A DNA stretch of 64,000 nt. Source: Amoebidium appalachense. Lineage: Eukaryota > Protista > Ichthyosporea. Under the pieces are notes generated by a model. It was given only the letters and a program-made list of their open reading frames with translations. It was not told the DNA's origin and made no database searches. The stretch covers positions 13,053,615 to 13,117,614 of the forward strand of contig CAVNZM010000002.1 in the NCBI GenBank assembly GCA_963693365.1, read 5' to 3'. The position numbers and the translations under genes were made by a program. How positions within the stretch are numbered: the first letter of the stretch is position 1; each line of letters begins with the position of its first letter. Below are positions 30,033-38,487 of the stretch, piece by piece.

Positions 30033-30107
30033 CCTGTGTCAGACTGACCCCAGGTGGCCGTGTGTGCTCCTTTTATACCTGCGCGTGGCACCCTCAGTCG
30101 TGCTGAG
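30030..30107 (-). promoter_or_regulatory. Duplicated TATA promoter/leader cassette (copy 2)
   Basis: Matches 28293-28370; TATAAAA at 30071-30077. Confidence 0.8.
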
Positions 30108-30194
30108 GATATGTTGGTGAGCATACTTGACTTGAAAGAACTTGAGGGATCGCCAAATCTCAAAAGCTTTTGATTTCTTCTTCGTACTGCGGCC

Positions 30195-30440
30195 CTGCGC
30201 GGGGCGTGGGGGGCTGGGAGGGGCTGGGAGGGGCTGGGGGTGCCTCGTCTGCCTCGCATGCCTCGCATGCCTCGCGCGCAGGAACGGCTGTGTGCGCCGT
30301 GTGTGCGTGTGCCCGTGTGCCTCGCCTGCCTCGCCTGCCTCGCCTGCCTCGCGCGGGGTGTGTTCGTGCTTCCTTTATTGTTCCTCGTGTGCCCCCCACA
30401 GCCCCCCACAGCCACCCCCAGCCACCCGCGCCCCGGGGAG
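30195..30440 (-). terminator. Putative 3'-end element: AATAAA within G/C-complementary arms and 10-bp GCCTCGCATG repeats
   Basis: Lies downstream of the 30452 ORF; homologous copy at 30965-31120 and a partial inverted copy at ~35720-35775. Confidence 0.45.
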
Positions 30441-30451
30441 GTGTCACGCCA

Positions 30452-30865
30452 TCAACGCCCGGACTTCCGAGCCTCTGGCGCAGCGGCGGGTGCCGTGTGC
30501 ACGGGTGGGGGGGCACTGTGGGGCCCAACCGGAAACAGCCCGTACAGGATGTCCTCCTCGCACGTCACCATGATCTCGTGCTTGTCCATGATCCTCATGG
30601 CGTGCGCGATGGTTTCGGCGGGCACGGGCGGGCCGTGGTTGAACAGGTGCACGCGCATCTCCTTGTCGGGGTGGAAGTGGTGGTTCGCCAGCACGTTCGC
30701 CATGGCGGTCTTCCAGTCGGCCAGCTGCTCGACCTGGACGATCTGGTGGTCCGTCAGCACGTCGATGCGCCCGACCTTGGTGAGCGTGTCCTCGACGCCT
30801 TCCAGCCGGTCGGCCAGCTCGTATACGACCATGTTCCGTGCGAACTCAAGCTCGGTGTCCGTCAT
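30452..30865 (-). CDS. Short PD-(D/E)XK-family paralog, predicted inactive
   Basis: GRIDVLTDHQIVQVEQLADWKTAMAN: the ExK motif is replaced by QVE. Confidence 0.8.
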   Translation of the reverse strand: MTDTELEFARNMVVYELADRLEGVEDTLTKVGRIDVLTDHQIVQVEQLADWKTAMANVLANHHFHPDKEMRVHLFNHGPPVPAETIAHAMRIMDKHEIMVTCEEDILYGLFPVGPHSAPPPVHTAPAAAPEARKSGR

Positions 30866-30964
30866 CACATACCGCACACATAAAATTCGCGTGCCGCCCC
30901 AACCGGGTTACCCATTGACAATCACACATCGCACTTTCGACCTTGTGTGGGCGCCCGACAATGT

Positions 30965-31120
30965 TGCGGCGCGTGGGGGGCGGGGGTGGCTGGGCGGGGC
31001 TGGGGGGTGCCTCGCGTGCCTCGCGTGCCTCGCATGCCTCGCGCGCGCGGTGGTTCCGGTGGTTCGTTTATTGGTTCCTTGTGTGCCCCCCCAGCCACCC
31101 CCAGCCACCCAGGGCCCCGG
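30965..31120 (-). terminator. Second copy of the putative 3'-end element
   Basis: ggctggggggtgcctcgcgtgcctcg...tttattg...ccccagccacccccagccaccc downstream of the 31139 ORF. Confidence 0.45.
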
Positions 31121-31138
31121 GGGGGGGGGGGGGGGGGG

Positions 31139-31852
31139 TTAACTCTCAGCCAGATGATCCATCTCATCTCGCATACCGGAACCCAGTGTGCTCTGAAGCT
31201 GGTAGCATTGAACAATTTGACTGCGGTTGTTCAACTTTGGGTGCCCAGGCCATAATGTCACATTTGCAATACGCACACAACTGACTTTTCCCAGCAACGA
31301 TGTCATGAGCATACCAAAGCTTCGAATGGACCAGTTGGAGGTTTCCTTCGTATGATGTGGAAGCCACACGATGAAAAGTGAAAACAAACCCGAGGGAGTG
31401 ATGTACGACCCTGGTGCGATGTTACAGTTAGCAGGCAACCATACAGCATTGCCGGAACACAATTCATGTAAGAAACCAATGGCACACTGCTGGTTGCATT
31501 CATGCTCTGTAGGTTGCACCAACAGCCCCGTCTTCTTTGCTCTGGTGTTTCGCTCGTGGCTACACGTGACACGGATACCATGGGCTTGCAAGATCTCCAC
31601 GACATACGGGAAGGTTTTCGATCGCTTGTATCCGTACAAGTGAACCCGCATTGTATGGTTCGGGTAGAAGTGGTGGTATGCCTGAACCTGCCCCATGGCT
31701 TCCTTCCATCTTGAAAACTCCTTGACCTCGATGACCTCTTGGTCGGTCAATACATCGATACGTCCTACTGGGGTGTGGATTTCTGTACGGCCATTTTCAA
31801 GCCTTGCAAGTTCATCCCTGACAACACTCTCAGATGGTTCCCGACTAGCCAT
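31139..31852 (-). CDS. PD-(D/E)XK nuclease plus C-terminal winged-helix-like domain
   Basis: GRIDVLTDQEVIEVKEFSRWKEAMGQVQAY; tail GFLHEL...ITPSGLFSLF..W...SIRSFGMLMTSLLG. Confidence 0.85.
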   Translation of the reverse strand: MASREPSESVVRDELARLENGRTEIHTPVGRIDVLTDQEVIEVKEFSRWKEAMGQVQAYHHFYPNHTMRVHLYGYKRSKTFPYVVEILQAHGIRVTCSHERNTRAKKTGLLVQPTEHECNQQCAIGFLHELCSGNAVWLPANCNIAPGSYITPSGLFSLFIVWLPHHTKETSNWSIRSFGMLMTSLLGKVSCVRIANVTLWPGHPKLNNRSQIVQCYQLQSTLGSGMRDEMDHLAES

Positions 31853-31919
31853 ATCCAGTATCTGCACAGAAAATATCTGATCCGTCACAGTCTGAGCAAC
31901 CTTCACTCACTGTTGCGAC

Positions 31920-32240
31920 GAAGCTAAAGTCGCTACACACGAAGCTAAACCGAAACCATGTTTCACTAATAGAAATTGACTTTTTAGCTGCTTTTTACTA
32001 TGATTTAGCTTCGTTAGCTAGATTAGCTAGATAAAATGAGGTCAATCGTAGCAAAAAATAAACACAGAGGGCTGTGTGTGTGTGTGTTTATGGAGGGACC
32101 CAAAAACCATCCAGCTATCCAGCTAAAGTAGCTAAACCGTGATATTTAGCCAATCACAAACAAGAAAAAACACTTCGACCAATGAAATTGCCCGGATCTG
32201 GGTGTCGACGAAGCTACACGACGAAGCTATCAAGCTAAAT
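31920..32240. promoter_or_regulatory. Iteron-like AGCTA/TAGCT cluster (candidate replication origin)
   Basis: About 12 AGCT(A) motifs in opposing orientations around an A/T- and GT-rich core, directly downstream of the helicase gene. Confidence 0.55.
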
Positions 32241-32258
32241 CGGGTGGTTCTGGTATGG

Positions 32259-34316
32259 TCACTTGAAATTCATGATTTTTGCGAAATCGAGCAAATGAGC
32301 ACGTGTGTGTCTTCCAGGCGTCCCTCGTGAAACTCTTCCTCCTGCGGGTACGAAGGCTGAACCGCCAAACACCTGTGTCAGTACCGTGCCGAGCTTCTTG
32401 ACCCCGACAACCTTTCGGCCATCCATCATGTTTGCATCGGCCCACTCTTTCATGCACTCCACCAAGCCACTCGTTGTGGCCCAGGTGCCATCCTCGAGAC
32501 CGAAACTATCTGTCCCCTCGGCGCCAGTTGCGACGTCCCTCAGAAATTGTATCTCAATGGGCAGACTCTTCTCCATGAGCTTCTGTTTGAGTTTTGTTTG
32601 TGGCGGCGGCGGCATTGTTTTAGGGACATTGGGAAGGTCCAAGAAGAAGTGAAACAGAGCCTCCAGCACCTCCGGTTGCCGGTGAAATCTGACGAACTCG
32701 TCGAAGTACCGGAGCTGACCCACCCGAGAGCCGTTTGCCTCGAGACATATGAATCTCCGATCGGATAGCTCCACACGAACGGGCCAGTCTTCGTTTGACA
32801 GAAAGACGTAGCGCTCAAAGTTTTTGGTGTAGATGCCATCCACACCCTTCTTCTCCAAAAGGCTGTCTTCTTGTGTGATCAGACTTTTGATAAGGTTGTT
32901 GGCCTCGTGGCACCCACCAAAGACACACTCGTCGATAACAGCTAATAGTTTGTGGTTGAGGTGGGAGTTGAACTTGCTGGATATATGTTCCTTGTTCTTC
33001 ACGTAGGCGTAGTATTCCGAGCCAACCAGCGCCTTGAGTACGTCGAAGAACACGTTTTTCCCGGTTCCCTGGACTGACTTGACAAGTACCGCCGCTCCAG
33101 ACTTAGTGTCGGGGTACTGGAAGATCTGGGCCACCCACTTGAGAAGGTATTCGAATGCCTCGGCGTTTCCATCGGCAAGCACCTCGAATGCGTGGCGTAT
33201 GAACATCTCGATGCCACCGTATTCATGTACACGGTACTTGTCGAGGAGCTGATCCGGCATGACCACAACCTTCTGGCCAGGATGGTAGGGGATCACGGGG
33301 CATTCTGGACCCATGTAACGGAATCCCTCGGCGTACTTGATGGGGAAGCCGCGAAAGAAGTTATATGTGAACAGGGCTCCTTGGCGGTACTTTGGGTTTG
33401 TCTCTCCTGTCTTGGGATTGGGCGACGCGGGGTCAAAGACTGCTAGTCCATAACGAGGAATGCGGCGTCCCATAAGGAAGTCAATGCCGGTGTATGTCCG
33501 CTTGATTTCACAACCCTCGCCCTCCATCCACTCGACCACAAAACCCTGCATGGTGCATTTCATGTCTTTTTCGGTCAACGTCTTGAGTGTGTACACGCCC
33601 TTGTCATGGCACCACACCTTCAAGAGGTAGAGGGAGGTTCCGCTGATTTTTCCCACCCACTTCTGCAGGTACTCGACGAGCTCAGTTTCCTTCCAGGTGG
33701 TTGGTAGCAGGTCCGGCATGAACTCGTATCCACCCGGAGGGTCGGTCGACTCCTGCTCCAGAACACGAAACACCTCCTCAATATGAGCCAGCCGCTTGCT
33801 GTCCTTTTTCGCAACCACAGCGGGGACAGCTGCCGTACAAGGTGCTTCGCCGAATGTGGTCGTATGGGGCCCCTGGGTCCAACGCGTCGCGGTCGTCCAG
33901 TCGAGAATCGGGTTCATTACTACCCTGTTGGCCAAAGGAAATTTCTCCTTGGCCCATGACTTGAGCGCAGCTCTGTTAGGCCCGGGAGCTGGGTGGCGGG
34001 TGTTGCACTCGTAGTGTGCGGTCTTGTGGCGCTTGGACTGACGGGTGGTTATTTCGGCATAAACCAGTCCAAACTGTCGCTTGAGGGAATTGTGGAGGTC
34101 GTTGTGATCGAAGGGCTCATTGTCCACCGTAACTTCCCGGGACCCCTGTGGTGCAAAGACTGCGAGGTACCAGTCAGGACAGGCACTGCGGCGCGAGAGC
34201 CCTTGGTTTGCCTGCTTGGGTTGATCTGCACCCTCGCAGCAAACCTCGTATTCGGTCTTCTCCGTATCCTTGCCGTCGCACCGGGCAGTGTTCATGTTTG
34301 AGCGAATGACATCCAT
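32259..34316 (-). CDS. DUF5906/D5-like SF3 helicase with C-terminal winged helix
   Basis: Walker A VQGTGKN, Walker B LAVIDE, KSLIT..EKKG, FLSNE..PV..DRRF; TATAAAA at 34370-34376. Confidence 0.93.
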   Translation of the reverse strand: MDVIRSNMNTARCDGKDTEKTEYEVCCEGADQPKQANQGLSRRSACPDWYLAVFAPQGSREVTVDNEPFDHNDLHNSLKRQFGLVYAEITTRQSKRHKTAHYECNTRHPAPGPNRAALKSWAKEKFPLANRVVMNPILDWTTATRWTQGPHTTTFGEAPCTAAVPAVVAKKDSKRLAHIEEVFRVLEQESTDPPGGYEFMPDLLPTTWKETELVEYLQKWVGKISGTSLYLLKVWCHDKGVYTLKTLTEKDMKCTMQGFVVEWMEGEGCEIKRTYTGIDFLMGRRIPRYGLAVFDPASPNPKTGETNPKYRQGALFTYNFFRGFPIKYAEGFRYMGPECPVIPYHPGQKVVVMPDQLLDKYRVHEYGGIEMFIRHAFEVLADGNAEAFEYLLKWVAQIFQYPDTKSGAAVLVKSVQGTGKNVFFDVLKALVGSEYYAYVKNKEHISSKFNSHLNHKLLAVIDECVFGGCHEANNLIKSLITQEDSLLEKKGVDGIYTKNFERYVFLSNEDWPVRVELSDRRFICLEANGSRVGQLRYFDEFVRFHRQPEVLEALFHFFLDLPNVPKTMPPPPQTKLKQKLMEKSLPIEIQFLRDVATGAEGTDSFGLEDGTWATTSGLVECMKEWADANMMDGRKVVGVKKLGTVLTQVFGGSAFVPAGGRVSRGTPGRHTRAHLLDFAKIMNFK

Positions 34317-34371
34317 TGTGGTAGTGAATGGGATAGATAATATTTGACGGTCTGAGGTCTGGCAAGCGCTT

Positions 34372-34827
34372 TTATACCTTCGGGCTGGGCACAAGACTGG
34401 GGTGTTCAGTCTCGACGTGCCTGTTCAGGGTTGTAGACCAGGCAAATGCAGCCTGGCACTGGTCGAAGGGGCATGTAAAACGCCCGCTTGCGCGCCGGGG
34501 CCGTCTCGGCAGCTGACACCCTTCATGAGCTGTTCGTCGGTGAACCCACAAACCCGCAGGATAGACGTAAGTGGCTGGACAGTCTGGGCATTGATAGGGT
34601 CGGCTGCCAGAGTGTGTGCGCTGGTGCAGTTTCATGTGGTCGCTGCGGGCAAAGCTTGCAAAGCAGCCGGGTTGTGGACAGGCATATGCGCCGGTGCTAT
34701 TATTCTTGTGGGTATTTTCGTGTCTTTTTAGATTTGCCTTGAATGTGAACATTGCTGAACACAGTGTGCAAGCGTGGCGCTTCGGGTTAGGGGGTGTCTC
34801 TATGGTTGGCGTGTATTGGAGGTCCAT
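34372..34827 (-). CDS. C2H2 zinc-finger protein (4 fingers)
   Basis: CTLC..HENTH, CPQPGC..HQRTHSGSRPYQCPDC..HRRTAH, CPFDQC..HVETEH. Confidence 0.92.
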   Translation of the reverse strand: MDLQYTPTIETPPNPKRHACTLCSAMFTFKANLKRHENTHKNNSTGAYACPQPGCFASFARSDHMKLHQRTHSGSRPYQCPDCPATYVYPAGLWVHRRTAHEGCQLPRRPRRASGRFTCPFDQCQAAFAWSTTLNRHVETEHPSLVPSPKV

Positions 34828-34919
34828 TACTGCTAAGTGGCAAGAAAAGAAACATGATAACGCTTTATATAACCCCTGGTCTTCTTCGTCGGCCACTGAT
34901 TTTTTTGTGACCTACAGTG

Positions 34920-35609
34920 ATGGCCACCTACAACGAGGCGTTTTTCAGCGACAAATTGGCACGGATTGAAGGTGGGAAACGCGAAGTGGTGACCCCCGCG
35001 GGCCGCATCGACCTGCTCACAGACACGGACATCATCGAGGTCAAGCGCGCACCGCAGTGGAAGGCTGCACTCGGACAGGTGCAGGCGTACCAACAGTATT
35101 ATCCCAACCACCAACCACGGGTCCATTTGTTTGGCTATGCGTCGGCAGAGGTGTACAAGGTGGCTGTTGAAACCATAATGGCCCTTGGAGTGATCCTTAC
35201 AGTAGAACAGGATACACTACAATTTATATGGGGCCCACGTGCACGCCTAACCCCAACATCCAGCATTGAGAACAGGGAAGCTCAGTTTCTGAAAGACCTC
35301 ATAGCACACAGAAACGGTTGCGAGAGCTTTACCTTCATCCAGCCCGAATGTTCAGTCACACCCAGTGGTCTCTACCAACTCTACCAGCACTGGCATAAAA
35401 TCAACCTTCAAGATGACCACACCCCAAGTCTGAAGACTTTTGGTACAAGGATGACAAAGATTCTCGGACATACCAAATCAACCTGTACTCCACATATCTG
35501 CACATGGCCTGGTCACAAGCCTACCTGGTCGAGTGGCAGGGCAGACTGTTACACTCTGTCAACAACAGCCATATTCAAGGTGGGGGATCGATTACCGAAC
35601 CAGCTCTGA
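34920..35609 (+). CDS. PD-(D/E)XK nuclease plus C-terminal winged-helix-like domain
   Basis: GRIDLLTDTDIIEVKRAPQWKAALGQVQAY; tail EAQFLKDL...VTPSGLYQLYQHW...SLKTFGTRMTKILG. Confidence 0.88.
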   Translation: MATYNEAFFSDKLARIEGGKREVVTPAGRIDLLTDTDIIEVKRAPQWKAALGQVQAYQQYYPNHQPRVHLFGYASAEVYKVAVETIMALGVILTVEQDTLQFIWGPRARLTPTSSIENREAQFLKDLIAHRNGCESFTFIQPECSVTPSGLYQLYQHWHKINLQDDHTPSLKTFGTRMTKILGHTKSTCTPHICTWPGHKPTWSSGRADCYTLSTTAIFKVGDRLPNQL

Positions 35610-35805
35610 ACCACTGGCTCACGGGGTGCGCAGGCTCAGGGTTCAGCGACAACGCGGTAACTTGTTATATGAAGAGGATGTGGCAAGGGTAATGCATTTA
35701 TGGGGACAATGTTTCTTTCTGGCTTGGGAGGCATGCGAGGCTTGGGTGGCATGCGAGGCTTGGGGGGCACGAGAGGCCCGCGTTTTTTTCTGCGCACTGT
35801 ACAGG

Positions 35806-36162
35806 ATGTCCGCGGTAGGCTACGACGAGGCGTTCGTGCGCGAGCGACTGGCCGAGCTCGAGGACGGGGTGTGCGGGGTGCCCACACGGGCCGGCCGGAT
35901 CGACGTGCTGACGAGCACGCAGGTCATCGAGGTCCAGCGCGCGTCGCAGTGGAAGACGGCGATCGGAAACGTGCTCGCATACAGCCACTACTACCCCGAC
36001 CGCCAGCCGAGGATCCACCTGTTCGACTATGCGCCGGCAGACGTGTACAGGATTGCCGTGCAAACCATCACGTCGCTCAACATCACGCTTACAACCGAAG
36101 AGGACACGTTGCAGCTGATTTGGGGGGACGACGCGGGCAAAGACGTAAAAGACGAAAAATAA
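35806..36162 (+). CDS. Short PD-(D/E)XK-family paralog, predicted inactive
   Basis: GRIDVLTSTQVIEVQRASQWKTAIGN: catalytic K replaced by Q; stop lies in an AATAAATAAATAA tract. Confidence 0.85.
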   Translation: MSAVGYDEAFVRERLAELEDGVCGVPTRAGRIDVLTSTQVIEVQRASQWKTAIGNVLAYSHYYPDRQPRIHLFDYAPADVYRIAVQTITSLNITLTTEEDTLQLIWGDDAGKDVKDEK

Positions 36163-36257
36163 ATAAATAAGCCACGGGCAAAAAGGTCAAAGCAGCGCAG
36201 AGTTTGCCAATATCCGGTCAAAGCTAGCGCAAAGTAGTGAACATTCAATAAAGCTAG

Positions 36258-36327
36258 CGCACACGGTAATAGCGCTCATGACCCTACTCTCAAACAACAC
36301 AGGTGCAAGCGCACGCATATCCCCCCC

Positions 36328-36375
<48 letters not shown>

Positions 36376-36597
36376 GCGCCCGGTGATAGCGCTGATGACC
36401 CATCTCTCCAACATGCGCAAGCATTGGGCCCCCCCCCCCCCCCCCCCCCCCCACCCACCCACCCCCCTACACACGCACAAACACAAAGCGCCCGGTGATA
36501 GCGCTCATGCCCCTTCTCTCACACAACACATGTGGAAGCGCCCGGTGATAGCGCTCATGAGCCTACACTCAAACATAACAGGTGCAACCACACGCAT

Positions 36598-36637
<40 letters not shown>

Positions 36638-36796
36638 ACACACGTACAAACACAAAGCGCCCGGTGATAGCGCTCATGCCCCTTCTCTCACACAACACAT
36701 GTGGAAGCGCCCGGTGATAGCGCTCATGAGCCTACACTCAAACATAACAGGTGCAACCACACGCATTGCCCCCACCCCCCCCCCCCCCCCCCCCCC

Positions 36797-36865
<69 letters not shown>

Positions 36866-36994
36866 ACACACGCACAAACACAAAGCGCCCGGTGATAGCG
36901 CTCATGCCTCTTCTCTCACACAACACATGTGGAAGCGCCCGGTGATAGCGCTCTTGCGCCTACACTCAAACATAACAGGTGCAAGCACACGCAT

Positions 36995-37036
<42 letters not shown>

Positions 37037-37520
37037 CCCCACACACGCACAAACACAAAGCGCCCGGTAATAGCGCTCATGCCCCTTCTCTCAAACAACA
37101 CATGTGGAAGCGCCCGGTGATAGCGCTCACAACCCTGCTCTCAAACAACACATGTGGAAGCGCCCGGTGATAGCGCTCATGACCCTACTCTCAAACAACA
37201 CATGTGCAAGCGCACGCATTGGACCCCCCCCCCCCCCCCCCCCCCCCCTCACACACACACACACACACACATGCACACGGTGGCTGCGTATCACTGTGCG
37301 CTTGCACCTGTGTTGTTTGAGAGTAGGGTCATGAGCGCTATCACCGTGCGCTTGCACCTGTGTTGTTTGAGAGTAGGGTCATGAGCGCTATCACCGTGCG
37401 CTTGCACCTGTGTTGTTGGAGAGTAGGGTCATGAGCGCTATCACCGTGCGCTTGCACCTGTGTTGTTGGCGAGTAGGGTCAATGACATGATCGCTATCAC
37501 CATACCCTTGCTCATGAGCG
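36258..37520. repeat. Higher-order tandem array with inverted end copies
   Basis: Core aagcgcccggtgatagcgctcatg occurs ~11 times forward, with poly-C/CA spacers, then ~4-5 reverse-complement 50-bp units (37290-37510). Confidence 0.9.
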
Positions 37521-37598
37521 CCCCCCCCCCCCCCCCCAAACCCTCCTCCCATCTGCCCGCACAACCCCAACCCCACATTATATCGTGCACCGGGTAAC

Positions 37599-37991
37599 AT
37601 GGACGCTGGCGCACCCCTTCCCCCACCCAGCCCATTCGCACCCCCTCCCCCGATCCGCACAAGCCCGCGCAGCACCCCCGGGCCCTCCCCCATCCTACTG
37701 GCCATCCTGGCCGGCCTGATCCTCTACGTGCTCTGGGACACGTTCAGCCCACGTGTGCGGCGGCGCCTGGCAGTGCTCAAGTGCCAGCGTGCGTGCCCAA
37801 TGTGTGCCAGCTGCGGCAGCTGCGTTCCCCGCCGCAAGTGTGCGCACTGCCCCCGCTGCCACGTGTGCGGTGCCAGCCCCACTCGGTGCGCACAGTGCCC
37901 CGCATGCACGCGCTGCCCGCCCGAGCAGAAGTGCCCGGTGTGCCCCACGTGTGCGCATGCGCCTGCGGTGGTGATCAAGGAGCGCACTTGA
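37599..37991 (+). CDS. Single-TM protein with CxxC-repeat tail
   Basis: ILLAILAGLILYVLW followed by multiple CxxC repeats. Confidence 0.7.
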   Translation: MDAGAPLPPPSPFAPPPPIRTSPRSTPGPSPILLAILAGLILYVLWDTFSPRVRRRLAVLKCQRACPMCASCGSCVPRRKCAHCPRCHVCGASPTRCAQCPACTRCPPEQKCPVCPTCAHAPAVVIKERT

Positions 37992-38027
37992 AGGCTTGGG
38001 TGAGCAGAGATTTTTGTGGCATAGAGT

Positions 38028-38288
38028 ATGGCGTACCGATGGGAGTACAAGCTGAAGGAGGAGCCCGGCAAGGCACCCGTGGTGCAGGCAACTATTGTGC
38101 CGACCGAGGCCACCACCCGGCGGACGAAAATGGAGCAACGAGTATATGCACAAGAGCTTGCGGAAAAGGGCTATATAGATCTGCCCGATGAGTTGGCGGA
38201 GAAGTGTGGATTCAAGAAGTGGGTGCCCAAGAATCAACGACAGACAGCAATTGTACTGCAGAAGATGATGGAGCCTGAGGATGCATAG
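38028..38288 (+). CDS. Small hypothetical viral protein
   Basis: 86-aa ATG ORF; last gene of the dense block. Confidence 0.55.
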   Translation: MAYRWEYKLKEEPGKAPVVQATIVPTEATTRRTKMEQRVYAQELAEKGYIDLPDELAEKCGFKKWVPKNQRQTAIVLQKMMEPEDA

Positions 38289-38487
38289 AGACCTACACAA
38301 GCCAAAGGATGAATGGACTCACACCACAAACATGGAAAATGTAAATGACGAGAGAATCTCCACAAACATGGAAAATGTAAATGACGAGAGAATCTGTTGG
38401 GGTTTAATTTTGATGAGCTGGAGTCTATCTCCCCCCCCCCCCCCCTCCCCCCCCTCCCCTACACCGTTCAATGAAAACTTGGTAGCA

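Larger units (their letters stand above)
1..38290. mobile_element. Endogenous giant virus (NCLDV) core block, open at the left edge
   Basis: Densely packed intronless ORFs with NCLDV-typical families (G9/A16-like, A22 resolvase, NUDIX, DUF5906/D5 helicase, KilA-N, T5orf172, DUF559). Contiguous with microsatellite-rich, intron-containing eukaryotic DNA to the right. Confidence 0.9.

Noticed and set aside
36258-37520. CRISPR-like array (constant ~24-bp core with spacers)
   Set aside because: The spacers are themselves repeated A/B units or homopolymers rather than unique sequences; no cas genes; eukaryotic context.
1-38290. Polinton/adintovirus, prophage or bacterial contamination as the source
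   Set aside because: No protein-primed polymerase, rve integrase or phage structural genes seen. G9/A16-like and A22-like genes, TATA/AATAAA signals and continuity with spliced genes fit an endogenous NCLDV. Major capsid protein and PolB are not in this window, so the viral family cannot be assigned.
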